A stretch of DNA of 63,712 bases, filler included. It is 7 parts of 7 records of this genome, joined end to end, with 100 filler letters (N's around TTAATTAATTAA, not from the genome) between each part and the next. Parts side by side here need not be neighbours in the genome. Positions count along the whole stretch, not along the records: positions 26,101 to 44,087 come from SRR20825010_1589; 6 more parts are not named here. One strand, 5' to 3'. Shown here one piece after another: positions 29,955-40,166 of this stretch (the first letter of the stretch is position 1; each line of letters starts with the position of its first letter). The notes beneath the pieces were generated by a model, which searched no databases, was not told the origin of the DNA, and saw nothing but the letters and a program-made list of their open reading frames with translations. The position numbers and the translations under genes were made by a program.

Positions 29955-31487
29955 ATGAAAACACTCAGACTTATCCTCGGTGACCAGCTTAATCTATCGC
30001 ACAGTTGGCTGGACCAAGAGAACGATCACCATATTTACCTGATGGCCGAAATGCGGCAAGAGACGGATTATGTAAAGCATCATATCCAAAAAGTGGTCGG
30101 TTTTTTCCGTGCCATGAGAAATTTTGCGGATGCTTTGGAAAAAAAGGGTCATAACGTAGTATATTTTAAAATCGGTGATAAAAACAATCCCCAAAACCTG
30201 CCCGATCTTATTGACCAAACCATTTCTGAACACAAGATTGAAAAGTTTGAATACCAATTGCCCGATGAATACCGATTGGACCAACAGCTTAAGAAAATTT
30301 GTAAATCCATATCCATTCCTTCGGAGGCTTTTGACACGGAGCACTTCTACACGAAAAGGGATGAGCTAAAAAATCATTTTAAGGGCAAAAAACAATTGTT
30401 AATGGAAAGTTTTTATCGGATGATGCGAAAGAAGCACAACATTCTGATGGAGAACGACCAACCTGAAGGTGGAAAATGGAATTTTGACCAGAGCAACCGT
30501 AAAAAATGGGACGGTTCCCCTAGCATTCCAAAGGAACTGTCATTCAACGCGGATGTTACCGAACTACTGGAAGAAATCAAAAGTGCAGAGGTAAACACTT
30601 TTGGGAACATTGATGCCAAAAACTTTCCTTGGCCCACCTCCTACCAAGAATGTACGGAGCTATTGGATTTTTTCTGTTCGAGACTATTGACCTATTTCGG
30701 GGACTATCAGGATGCATTGCATACCCAAGAGAAATACTTGTTCCATTCCCGATTGTCCTTCGCGATGAACAGTAAAATGCTGTCGCCAAAAGAAGTCATC
30801 AACACCGTGGTGGAACACTATTACGAGCATAAAGATGATATCGATATTTCGCAAGTCGAGGGATTTATCCGCCAGATATTGGGTTGGCGGGAATATATGC
30901 GCGGTGTGTATTGGAAAGAAATGCCAAACTATGCTGAATTGAACAAACTGGAGAACCATAATCCGCTCCCGGATTTCTTTTGGACGGGGAAAACCAAAAT
31001 GAACTGTCTGCACAATGCCATTGCCCAGAGTTTGGACAATGCCTACGCTCACCATATTCAACGTTTGATGGTTATTGGAAACTATGCTTTGCTGACACAG
31101 GTAAACCCGGACGAAGTGGATGCATGGTATCTAGGTGTATATATAGATGCCATTGAATGGGTAGAGATTACCAACACCAGAGGAATGAGCCAATTTGCGG
31201 ATGGGGGCCTTGTAGCCACCAAACCTTATGTGAGTAGCGCCAATTACATTAATAAGATGGGCAATTATTGTAAGGAATGTTCCTATAGTCATACAGTTAA
31301 GTCGGGAGAGAAATCCTGTCCGTTCAATTCATTGTACTGGAATTTTTTGGAAGAGAAGAAATCACATTTTAAGAACAACCAACGCATGTCGATGATGTTG
31401 AGCTTGCTGGAAAAAAAAAGTCAGCAGGAACTTTCTGAATTAAAGGAACGAGCGGAAAAAATCATACAAAATCCCGACGATTTTTGA
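29955..31487 (+). CDS. FeS-type bacterial cryptochrome/(6-4) photolyase (PhrB/CryB-like)
   Basis: LILGDQL, GGKWNFD, RQILGWREY and YAHHIQRLM motifs; Cys ligands (NC, C..C, CPF). Confidence 0.92.
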   Translation: MKTLRLILGDQLNLSHSWLDQENDHHIYLMAEMRQETDYVKHHIQKVVGFFRAMRNFADALEKKGHNVVYFKIGDKNNPQNLPDLIDQTISEHKIEKFEYQLPDEYRLDQQLKKICKSISIPSEAFDTEHFYTKRDELKNHFKGKKQLLMESFYRMMRKKHNILMENDQPEGGKWNFDQSNRKKWDGSPSIPKELSFNADVTELLEEIKSAEVNTFGNIDAKNFPWPTSYQECTELLDFFCSRLLTYFGDYQDALHTQEKYLFHSRLSFAMNSKMLSPKEVINTVVEHYYEHKDDIDISQVEGFIRQILGWREYMRGVYWKEMPNYAELNKLENHNPLPDFFWTGKTKMNCLHNAIAQSLDNAYAHHIQRLMVIGNYALLTQVNPDEVDAWYLGVYIDAIEWVEITNTRGMSQFADGGLVATKPYVSSANYINKMGNYCKECSYSHTVKSGEKSCPFNSLYWNFLEEKKSHFKNNQRMSMMLSLLEKKSQQELSELKERAEKIIQNPDDF

Positions 31488-31570
31488 TTTTAACAATTCT
31501 TTAAAATCTGTGGGCTGCTACCTTGTCGTATATCTAACAAATAAAATATTCCGCTACGGCGCCTATATAT

Positions 31571-31605
31571 AAAAAGTCCTTCACAATACGTTGCGAAGGA
31601 CTTTT
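31571..31605. terminator. intrinsic terminator
   Basis: AAAAGTCCTTC / GAAGGACTTTT between convergent genes. Confidence 0.8.
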
Positions 31606-31630
31606 CACTTTTTAAGAGTTATGGTCTTAT

Positions 31631-32176
31631 TTACAAGATTCCATCCACAATACCATATTCAACGGATTCTTCGGCACTCATCCAGTAATCGCGATCAAAA
31701 TCTTTCATTACCTTGTCATAAGGCTGTCCACAATTCTCAGATAGAATTTTAGCGCCCAGTTCCTTGGTCTTGATGATTTCCCTTGCCTGAATCTCAATAT
31801 TTGAGGCCTGCCCCCTTGCACCACCACTTGGCTGGTGAATCATGACACGGGCGTGCGGCTGGATAAACCTTCTGCCCTTTTCGCCCACCGATAAAAGTAT
31901 GGAACCCATAGAGGCGGCCAAACCAGAACAAACGGTAGACACAGGGCTTTTTATTTGTTTAATGGTATCGTAAATAGCAAAACCAGAGGTTACATATCCT
32001 CCCGGGCTATTGATAATCAATTGAATCTCCTTATTGTTCAACATATCCAAATACAGCAACCGGTCGATTACGTGCTTTGCAGAATCATCATCTACTTGGC
32101 CCCACAAAAACACTTTGCGGTCGTCTAACAGTTTTTCTTGAATCAATTCCTGAACTTTTCCTTTTTTTGAACTCAT
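31631..32176 (-). CDS. clpP: ClpP-family protease subunit
   Basis: INSPGG, GLAASMG, MIHQP and DRDYWMSAEE..EYG motifs. Confidence 0.93.
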   Translation of the reverse strand: MSSKKGKVQELIQEKLLDDRKVFLWGQVDDDSAKHVIDRLLYLDMLNNKEIQLIINSPGGYVTSGFAIYDTIKQIKSPVSTVCSGLAASMGSILLSVGEKGRRFIQPHARVMIHQPSGGARGQASNIEIQAREIIKTKELGAKILSENCGQPYDKVMKDFDRDYWMSAEESVEYGIVDGIL

Positions 32177-32252
32177 TTTTTACGTGTTGTAAGACTTCAA
32201 AAATAATCAAATTCCAAGGAAGTTACCGCACTTGTTTTTCACAATGGCCGTA

Positions 32253-33080
32253 TTATGATTTTATCTGCACCTTTTGCGATACCACATCCTTGATCGGGAT
32301 AACGTACTTTCCGCTTCTTGTCTCCAAAGTCAAACTATTGTTTTCTATGGATTTAATGACTCCTTCATCATCCCCTATAACTATTCTATCGCCTACCACA
32401 TATGTCTTTCGGGTGTAAAATGCCCTAAGGATATCGGCAACAATTTCTTTGGATCCCAATCCTACCCCCAAAGCAAATGCCAAAAGGAAAGAGCCCAGAA
32501 TCAATGTGATATTATTGGTAATAATAGTGGTATCGACACCTGCCTGGTTCAATGCGGTGATGGACATAAAGATGACGATCACATAGAAAAACAAGTTGCT
32601 TACGATATTGGAACCTCCAAATTCCAGTGAATCGAACAAACGCTTGACCGTCTTCTTCACAAAATTACCGATGTAGAACCCGAGCATCAATAGTGCCAAA
32701 GCGCTAAAGAACTTAGGAAGATAATGTAAGAGGTTGCCAATTTCCTTGGATATGATTTTCCAATCCAAAATATCAGCAGCTACGATCAAAAACACCAAAA
32801 TCAAAAACCACCGAACAAACCCCAAAATAATTTTTATGATATCTACATTGAGGTCTCCTTTGCCGGTGACGTCCATGCCATTGATCTTATCATTGAGCAT
32901 ATCCACTTTGGCCAGTTTAAGGATTTTCTTCAGAAGGAAGAGTACAATTTTGATAACGATCCAACCTAAAATCAAAATAATGATAGCGCCCAATATTTTT
33001 GGGAGGGCCAGCGCCATCTCTTTGCCCATGCCAGACAGGGACTCCAGGGTCACATTTTTCCATTCATTAATAGTCTCCAT
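32253..33080 (-). CDS. TM-helix/MscS-like mechanosensitive channel protein
   Basis: Two LPK..A...L TM-helix repeats, ALNQAGVD, C-terminal VGD.I...EG.I..I beta domain. Confidence 0.8.
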   Translation of the reverse strand: METINEWKNVTLESLSGMGKEMALALPKILGAIIILILGWIVIKIVLFLLKKILKLAKVDMLNDKINGMDVTGKGDLNVDIIKIILGFVRWFLILVFLIVAADILDWKIISKEIGNLLHYLPKFFSALALLMLGFYIGNFVKKTVKRLFDSLEFGGSNIVSNLFFYVIVIFMSITALNQAGVDTTIITNNITLILGSFLLAFALGVGLGSKEIVADILRAFYTRKTYVVGDRIVIGDDEGVIKSIENNSLTLETRSGKYVIPIKDVVSQKVQIKS

Positions 33081-33114
33081 AGTTGTTGTTTATTTATAGT
33101 GTTCTGTTAGTTGA

Positions 33115-33303
33115 TTAGTTGTCACCCATTGTTCGGAAAAGCTTACGCAAAGCACTGCCCAAATTAATCGAGAACAATGAAGCCATGTCCATGATCAACT
33201 TTGCGGCAGCAATGTCGTTCATCACTTTTTGCTTCATTTCCGGTGGGGCCTCGTGCAAGGAAGCCTCCAGCTCTTTGAATGGGTTTTTGTGTTTCTTTGC
33301 CAT
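33115..33303 (-). CDS. small hypothetical protein abutting the ECF sigma gene
   Basis: ATG directly follows the sigma stop codon; NPFK...P..MKQKVM.DI. Confidence 0.65.
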   Translation of the reverse strand: MAKKHKNPFKELEASLHEAPPEMKQKVMNDIAAAKLIMDMASLFSINLGSALRKLFRTMGDN

Positions 33304-33978
33304 CTATTCGAGGGTATTATAGATTTCCAATAGTCTTTCTTTGGCTCTTTTAAGCCGCATTTTTACTGCGCTCTCCCCTATATCCAATAAGTTTACCAGT
33401 TCCTTTATACTGGCTCCGTCCTGATACTTTAACAATAAAATGGACCGCTCTTCAGCGGAGATGATTTCTAGGCATTTCTTGAGTTTATCGGCTTTCATCT
33501 CAAACAACCTCTCATCGGGCACCTCTTCTGTAAGTTTGTATTCCGAACTTTCTACCTGTACGGATTTGTCCCGAATTTTAAGTTGCTTGTTCCGATTTAC
33601 ATAGTTCACACAAAAATTATAGGTAAAAGAATATAGCCATGTAGAAAACTTCGATTTTCCCTTAAAGGTCCGAAGTTTGATAAATAATTGAAGAAAGACA
33701 TCTTGGGTCAAGTCTTCCGCCTCGTCCGCAGATTTCGCAAATCCGTAACATTTGTTATAGACCATTTTCACATAGCGGTCATACAACTTCCCAAAGAGCA
33801 TAGGGTCATTGTCCGCCACAATCTGTTTTACTAATTCCTCATCAGAAAGATGTACGTATAAGTCTTCCTTTTCCAAAAACGCTTTGTCGGGGTTACTTAT
33901 AAGTATTAGAAACAAGTTTTTTAAAAAAGTCACTTCAAAAACAGATTTATGGGTCAGGCTTTTTAAAATGGGGCGCAA
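33304..33978 (-). CDS. ECF sigma-70 factor (start uncertain)
   Basis: AEDLTQDVF, FSTWLY and ESAVKMRLKRAK motifs. Confidence 0.9.
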   Translation of the reverse strand: MRPILKSLTHKSVFEVTFLKNLFLILISNPDKAFLEKEDLYVHLSDEELVKQIVADNDPMLFGKLYDRYVKMVYNKCYGFAKSADEAEDLTQDVFLQLFIKLRTFKGKSKFSTWLYSFTYNFCVNYVNRNKQLKIRDKSVQVESSEYKLTEEVPDERLFEMKADKLKKCLEIISAEERSILLLKYQDGASIKELVNLLDIGESAVKMRLKRAKERLLEIYNTLE

Positions 33979-34018
33979 AATAACGGATTTTCACACTATA
34001 TTTGGTTAAAAATCAGAT

Positions 34019-34708
34019 ATGAAGACCTATTACATCGTTGGATTGTTCGCTATTTTATTTTTCGCATCCTGTAAAACGGAGCCAAAACAAAAAGAGGAGA
34101 CCCAAGAAGCGGCCGAAACCGATAAATCGGTCCCGGAACTTATTGCCGAAGCCCATGGTTTTGAAAACTGGTCGGCTGTGAAGGAAATCACATTTACCTT
34201 TAATGTAGATAGAGATTCCATGCATTTTGAACGCAGTTGGGACTGGAAACCCAAGAGCAACATGGTAACGGCCATTTCGGGGCCCGACACCCTTACATAC
34301 AATCGAAATTCCATGGACAGTATTGCCCAAAAAACAAACAGTGGTTTTATCAATGACAGATATTGGTTGATGGCCCCTTTTAATTTGATGTGGGACTCCG
34401 GCAATTATACCTACGAACATACAGCTGAGGCCACCGCTCCAATCAGCAAAGAGCCTATGCAAAAGCTCACCATAGTGTATGCCAACGAAGGTGGTTACAC
34501 TCCCGGTGATGCATATGATTTCTATTTTAAGGACGATTATATAATTCGCGAGTGGGCCTATCGAAAATCCAACCAAGAAGAGCCCAACTTGGTCTCCACT
34601 TGGGAAGATTATGTAGAGATGCAGGGATTGCAGTTATCGAAGCAGCACAATCGTCCCGAAGGTGGCACCAACTTATATTTCACCGGGCTTACGGTAAGCA
34701 AGGAGTAA
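34019..34708 (+). CDS. hypothetical lipoprotein
   Basis: Lipobox FASC; FINDRYWL and GGYTPGDAY motifs. Confidence 0.8.
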   Translation: MKTYYIVGLFAILFFASCKTEPKQKEETQEAAETDKSVPELIAEAHGFENWSAVKEITFTFNVDRDSMHFERSWDWKPKSNMVTAISGPDTLTYNRNSMDSIAQKTNSGFINDRYWLMAPFNLMWDSGNYTYEHTAEATAPISKEPMQKLTIVYANEGGYTPGDAYDFYFKDDYIIREWAYRKSNQEEPNLVSTWEDYVEMQGLQLSKQHNRPEGGTNLYFTGLTVSKE

Positions 34709-34843
34709 TAGCTTTCTTTGATTTTGTGGGCATAGTTTGCTCACAAAAAGCATTTTCAAAATTCTCCCCAGCGCTTAAAAATGATGTTTTCCATCGTTTA
34801 TTTTCCTATTTCGGGAAATGAAACTTTTGAAACAAAACTATAA

Positions 34844-36349
34844 ATGAGAATTAAAAACCTTATCATCCCATTATTTTGTCTGGTGACCATACATGTACAA
34901 GCACAGGATAATTGGCTCACCAAAAAACAAATAACAGAGGATGTTGAATTTTTGACCAAAACATTAAATGAAAAGTCTTCCTATGCTTATCTGAACGGTT
35001 TTGATTTCAACAAGGATTTTGAAAATTATCTTACATCGTTAAAAGATTCCACCCAACTTGAAAATTTCGGTTTGTTTATCACCAACACTTTGGCCAAAAT
35101 CGGGGATAGACATTCCGCTTTAAATGGCATTAGAGGCTACAGCCTAAACGAATCCTTATTCTTACCGTTTGTTTACGCACCTGTTAACGATAAAGTTGTT
35201 GTCCTGAATTATGATCAGGATAAAACCTTGAAAATCCTAAATCCCCGCTTCCCCTACCTCAAAAAGATTGATGGTCTCGACATAGATGAATTCTTGCAAA
35301 AAACGCGGCCAGAAGATATTAAGGCCCCCAAAGAGACCTATTTTACCCTAGCAGTTCGCGACATTAGGGACATACAAAAAAATTACATCCTATTGGACAA
35401 AGCACTACCGAAAGAAATCGAATTAACCCTTTCGGACGATTTATTCCAAAATGACACAACTTTAATCGTTCCTGTAATAGGTAAATCAGAACGGCAAAGA
35501 CCATGGGATGAAAAATTTGAAAGGGACTATCTTTTTATAAAGGACGAGGACTTCAACCAACCCGAAATTATTGATGGTCTATTTAGTTTGGACGACCAAA
35601 TCGCATACATCAAATTACCGGAAATGGTACGTAAGGATGAAGCTCCCCTACTTTTTGAGAAAGTCAATTCATTTATGAAATCGATTCGAAACGACAGCGA
35701 AGCCCTAATTATCGATGTCAGGGCCAATGGTGGCGGAACACGGGACTTGTTATATGAGTTTGCAAAATATTTGATTCACCCTGACTCCGTTCATGTTATA
35801 AATGTAGTCAAGCAAAGAGGGCCACTCCCCTTGCCAAAAGATTATAAAGAAAGCCTACACAGCCGATTTTTATATTCTTTTTCGGAATTGAATGACAGGG
35901 AACAGAAAAAGGTAACTGGGTTTTTGAAAAATTTCAACCCAATGTATGAATTGGATAACGCAAAGTACAGCGAATATCATTTTGGATTGTTGAATGGAGA
36001 GAAATTATCCACTGAAGGACTGTACTACAACAAGCCTATCTATATTTTGGCCAACGAAAAAACTTTTAGTGCCGCATCTGTTTTCGTCTCTGATTTCAAA
36101 GGAATTCCGAATATAAAAATTGTTGGGGTGACAACGGATGGTTCTAGTGGCAATAGCAATTGGGTCGACCTCCCAAATTCAAAATTGTTCGGGAAAATCA
36201 GTACAATGGTCTCCTTTCAAAAAAATGGAAAGGTTTTGGACGGTTACGGAACAACACCTGATATAAAAATAGAAAGGGACATGAACCAAGTGCTTTGGCA
36301 ATCGGACACACAACTTGAAAAGTTAAGAGCCCTGATAAAGGAAAAATAA
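34844..36349 (+). CDS. S41-family peptidase
   Basis: Signal peptide; LIIDVRANGGG, TFSAAS and G..PDI motifs. Confidence 0.85.
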   Translation: MRIKNLIIPLFCLVTIHVQAQDNWLTKKQITEDVEFLTKTLNEKSSYAYLNGFDFNKDFENYLTSLKDSTQLENFGLFITNTLAKIGDRHSALNGIRGYSLNESLFLPFVYAPVNDKVVVLNYDQDKTLKILNPRFPYLKKIDGLDIDEFLQKTRPEDIKAPKETYFTLAVRDIRDIQKNYILLDKALPKEIELTLSDDLFQNDTTLIVPVIGKSERQRPWDEKFERDYLFIKDEDFNQPEIIDGLFSLDDQIAYIKLPEMVRKDEAPLLFEKVNSFMKSIRNDSEALIIDVRANGGGTRDLLYEFAKYLIHPDSVHVINVVKQRGPLPLPKDYKESLHSRFLYSFSELNDREQKKVTGFLKNFNPMYELDNAKYSEYHFGLLNGEKLSTEGLYYNKPIYILANEKTFSAASVFVSDFKGIPNIKIVGVTTDGSSGNSNWVDLPNSKLFGKISTMVSFQKNGKVLDGYGTTPDIKIERDMNQVLWQSDTQLEKLRALIKEK

Positions 36350-36478
36350 CTGTCATCTAAGAAGTTGGTATGGCCGGAAACTGATAACTTAGAAAATCAT
36401 ATAACCTGCAATCGGCCAAATAATTCGTTACAGTTATGGAACATTGATCAATTCTGATATGAGCACATACAATTGATT

Positions 36479-37627
36479 TTATTTCCCCCTCCTTCGCAGA
36501 AAAAATGTAATCCCAAAAACCAAAAGGGCCATACACAGCAACAAGACAAAGCTATAGTTTAGAGAGGCACTTTCTGCAATAAACCCTAGAATAACAGGCC
36601 CCAACAAAAATCCGATATACCCGAACCCAGCTATAAAAGCAACACCTTGGGAAGAATCCACCCCTTTTACATTCCCTCCGATACGGAACAATTCGGGTAC
36701 TATGACCGAAAAGCCAAGACCGTTAAGAGCAAATCCAATTATGGACCAAGTAGTGTTTTGTGTCAGCACCAAAACAAAACCAATAGCAGCAATTAGTGCT
36801 CCCAACCCTACTATTCTTATGGGCCCAATTTTTGCGCTGATACCATCGCCCAGAAACCGACCTAAGGTCATAGTTGTGGAAAATGCCAAGAATCCCGCAC
36901 CAATAAGCAGCTCTGGTGCCATGGTCATTTCTTTGAGGTAAAGTGCGCTCCAATCTATAATGGCACCTTCGCTACCAAAGGATACAAACCCAATAATGCC
37001 AAGCAAAAGCAACGGCTTGAACAATTTTAGACTGAAAGGCTCCTTCTCTACTGGAGCGGCAACCACTTGGATATAATGTTTCTTTAGAAAAAAATTGATG
37101 ATAAATACCAACACCACGGTAACGCCCATGTGCAACACAGGGTTTCCAATCACAGGAATCAGGAAACTGCCCAGGCCTACCAAAATACCGCCCAAACTAA
37201 AAAAGCCATGGGCCGCGGACATAAAGTTTTGTTTGTCTTCCTTTTCAATCTCGGTGACCAAAGTGTTTATGGCTATATCTATAAATCCATTGCTCGCCCC
37301 AAAAAGGTACAAAGCTGCCATCAGCATATAATAATTGGGAGCCATTAGCGGCAACATTGCTGTTACCGAAGCAAATATTACCCCGTACCATGACGACCTT
37401 CCGACCCCAAATTTATTGATGACCTTGGAAGCCACAGGGAAAATAGTGAAAACCCCCAGCGACAAGCAGAACAGGGCTATGCCCAAATCTGCTTTATTTA
37501 TATCCAGTTTTTCCTTTACGGTGGGAATATAAATGGCCCATGTCCCAAACCAAATATTGATACTGGTAAATACCCATGCCACTCCAAAATATCTTGGATT
37601 GGACAGAATAAGCCATAGGGATTTCAT
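36479..37627 (-). CDS. MFS transporter
   Basis: About 12 hydrophobic segments; HGFFSLG, EGAIIDW and GRFLGD motifs. Confidence 0.9.
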   Translation of the reverse strand: MKSLWLILSNPRYFGVAWVFTSINIWFGTWAIYIPTVKEKLDINKADLGIALFCLSLGVFTIFPVASKVINKFGVGRSSWYGVIFASVTAMLPLMAPNYYMLMAALYLFGASNGFIDIAINTLVTEIEKEDKQNFMSAAHGFFSLGGILVGLGSFLIPVIGNPVLHMGVTVVLVFIINFFLKKHYIQVVAAPVEKEPFSLKLFKPLLLLGIIGFVSFGSEGAIIDWSALYLKEMTMAPELLIGAGFLAFSTTMTLGRFLGDGISAKIGPIRIVGLGALIAAIGFVLVLTQNTTWSIIGFALNGLGFSVIVPELFRIGGNVKGVDSSQGVAFIAGFGYIGFLLGPVILGFIAESASLNYSFVLLLCMALLVFGITFFLRRRGK

Positions 37628-37668
37628 CTAATGGTGGTGTTTAGTCGGTTCATTTAGTGCATTGGTTC

Positions 37669-38937
37669 TTATTTGCTCTGTATACCCTCTTTTAAGATTT
37701 GTCCAAAACGATACATATCCTCATACGAACAGTACAATGGAGCAGGTGCCAGTCGGATAACATTCGGCTCCCTCCAATCGGTGATCACACCTTTTTTCAT
37801 TAAATAGTCAAAAATGGATTTCCCTTCGCCGTGCAAAAACACGGAGAGTTGACATCCTCTGTCCGCAGGAGTGATAATTTCAAATGTGCTATCTACTTCC
37901 TTATCTATCTCGTGGAGTACATATTCCAGATAGGCCACAATGGTCTTTTGTTTTTCGATTAGTGCATCCATACCCACTTCATCAAATAGTTCCAGAGAGG
38001 CCAAATAGGGAGCTACGGACAAAATGGGCGGATTGCTCAGTTGCCATGCGTCGGCGGTTTCAATAGGGTCGAACTCCGGCTTCATTAAAAAACGTGTCTC
38101 TTTTTTGGTTCCCCACCAGCCTTCAAAACGGGGGATGTCCTCTTTGCCCAAGTGTTTTTCGTGCACAAAGACTCCCGATGCGTTCCCCGGGCCACTGTTC
38201 ATGTATTTATAGCTGCACCAAGCGGCAAAATCAGCACCCCAATCGTGCAGGTTCAATTTGATGTTTCCAACGCCGTGGGCCAAATCCCAACCAACAAAGG
38301 CACCAACATCCTTGCCTGCTTTGGTAATGGTTTTCATATCCAATACTTGCCCATTATAATAATTGACACCACCCATCAACACCAAAGCCAGCTCATCCCC
38401 CACTTCATTTATTTTTTGGATGATATCCCCGGTACGCCATGCATGTTCCCCATCTCGTTTTTTCACTTCTACTATGGCATCCTCGGGATTCAGTCCGTGA
38501 TAACGCACCTGACTTTGCAACATATATTGGTCGGACGGAAACGCCTTCTCTTCGCAGATTATCTTGAACCGTTTTTCGGTGGGTCGGTAAAAGGACACCA
38601 TCAACAAATGAAGGTTTACGGTTAGGGTGTTCATCACCGAAATTTCCTTGGGTTTTGCCCCTACGACCTTACCCAAACCCTCGGCCAGTCTTTCGTGATA
38701 GTCCCACCAAGGCTTATCAGCATAAAAGTGTCCTTCGACAGCGAGCTCTCGCCAGTCCTTCATAACCTCATCAACAAACTTTTGGGTACGTTTGGGTTGA
38801 AGCCCAAGTGAGTTGCCCGTAAAATAGATTACATCCTTTCCGTTGACTTGTGGATAGTGGAATTCATTTCTATAGGAAGCCAATGCATCGGAAGCATCGA
38901 GCTTTTTGGCATATTCAAGCGTATTCTCGAATGTCAT
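37669..38937 (-). CDS. kynU: kynureninase
   Basis: GNSLGLQP, MNTLTVNLH, DLAH, WCSYKY and WQLSNPP motifs. Confidence 0.96.
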   Translation of the reverse strand: MTFENTLEYAKKLDASDALASYRNEFHYPQVNGKDVIYFTGNSLGLQPKRTQKFVDEVMKDWRELAVEGHFYADKPWWDYHERLAEGLGKVVGAKPKEISVMNTLTVNLHLLMVSFYRPTEKRFKIICEEKAFPSDQYMLQSQVRYHGLNPEDAIVEVKKRDGEHAWRTGDIIQKINEVGDELALVLMGGVNYYNGQVLDMKTITKAGKDVGAFVGWDLAHGVGNIKLNLHDWGADFAAWCSYKYMNSGPGNASGVFVHEKHLGKEDIPRFEGWWGTKKETRFLMKPEFDPIETADAWQLSNPPILSVAPYLASLELFDEVGMDALIEKQKTIVAYLEYVLHEIDKEVDSTFEIITPADRGCQLSVFLHGEGKSIFDYLMKKGVITDWREPNVIRLAPAPLYCSYEDMYRFGQILKEGIQSK

Positions 38938-38994
38938 TCTATTTTGGTTTTCATCAAAAATACAATTTGTAGCAGTAATGTGATCAAAAGAAAA

Positions 38995-39480
38995 TTACTC
39001 CAAACGCATTTCGATGATGTGCTTTTTAAATCCTACTTTTTCATAAGCCTTGATTGCCGGTAGGTTTTCATTGTAGACCGTCAATCGGATTTCCTTATAA
39101 CCTTGGTCCAGGGACCATTGTTTAAGCCCATCCACAATCTGAGCATTGATTCCCTTCCCCCGAAAATTTTCATCGGTATACATAAAACCCAAATATGCGT
39201 AAAACTCATGGTCCAGATAATGCCTTGCTCTTTTGGGAATGGCGTAGCCAGAAGCCACGACCCCACCATCTATCTCTGCGACCAAAACACATGCTTTTGT
39301 ATCCTGAATCATTTCTCCAATATCGTAATAACTGATAGGTCCTTCTTTTATAGTAACATCAAAAGGACGCTCTGCCTTTATGATTTCCTGTTCAAAGTTG
39401 AGGAGCTTGGGCAAGTCTTCCAATGTGGCGGTTCGTATACTTACCTTTGGTAACGTCATGAGGTTCTTTTGTTTTATCAA
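38995..39480 (-). CDS. GNAT acetyltransferase
   Basis: FRGKGI and N.PAIKAYEKVGF motifs. Confidence 0.85.
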   Translation of the reverse strand: MIKQKNLMTLPKVSIRTATLEDLPKLLNFEQEIIKAERPFDVTIKEGPISYYDIGEMIQDTKACVLVAEIDGGVVASGYAIPKRARHYLDHEFYAYLGFMYTDENFRGKGINAQIVDGLKQWSLDQGYKEIRLTVYNENLPAIKAYEKVGFKKHIIEMRLE

Positions 39481-39524
39481 GCAGTCAATGTAGTTCTTTT
39501 CTATATTTTTGCGAAAAATATATC

Positions 39525-40166
39525 ATGCATTTCCTATCGCCCATTTTGGAGAGTTATATTGCCAACAGTTCGGAGGACGAGCCCAAATTATTGCAGGAAC
39601 TTACCCGAGAAACGCACTTAAAGGTGGTGCAGCCCAGAATGATCACCGGGCATTTTCAAGGTAGGGTGTTAAGCATGTTGTCCAAGGTCATCAACCCCAA
39701 ATATATTTTGGAAATTGGCACCTACACGGGCTATTCGGCCTTGTGTTTGGCGGAAGGGCTTCAAAAAGATGGGAAACTGCATACCATTGAGGTGAACGAG
39801 GAACTCCATGAAATGCAGCGCAGGTATTTTGACAGAAGCGGGTTTGGCCCTCAAATCAAACAACATATTGGAGATGCACTTGATATTGTTCCCGAGCTTG
39901 ACCCAACTTTTGACCTTGTTTTTATTGATGCGCAAAAGGTAAACTACGATGCCTATTTTGAAGCTGTCATCCAAAAAACGAGACCTGGCAGTGTTATTCT
40001 TTCTGACAATGTGCTGTGGTCCGGAAAAGTGGTGGAACCGTTACAAAAATCGGACAGGGCCACTGCTGTATTGCTCGAATACAATCAAAAATTAAAAGAA
40101 GATCCTAGAGTGGAAACCGTATTGTTGCCCATTAGGGACGGACTGACGTTGAGTAGGGTGCTATAA
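39525..40166 (+). CDS. class I SAM-dependent O-methyltransferase
   Basis: LEIGTYTGYSA, FDLVFIDA, DNVLWSG and PIRDG motifs. Confidence 0.92.
   Translation: MHFLSPILESYIANSSEDEPKLLQELTRETHLKVVQPRMITGHFQGRVLSMLSKVINPKYILEIGTYTGYSALCLAEGLQKDGKLHTIEVNEELHEMQRRYFDRSGFGPQIKQHIGDALDIVPELDPTFDLVFIDAQKVNYDAYFEAVIQKTRPGSVILSDNVLWSGKVVEPLQKSDRATAVLLEYNQKLKEDPRVETVLLPIRDGLTLSRVL

Noticed and set aside
27024-38937. kmo and kynU in the same contig as a special cluster
   Set aside because: Ordinary kynurenine-pathway genes about 9 kb apart with unrelated genes between them
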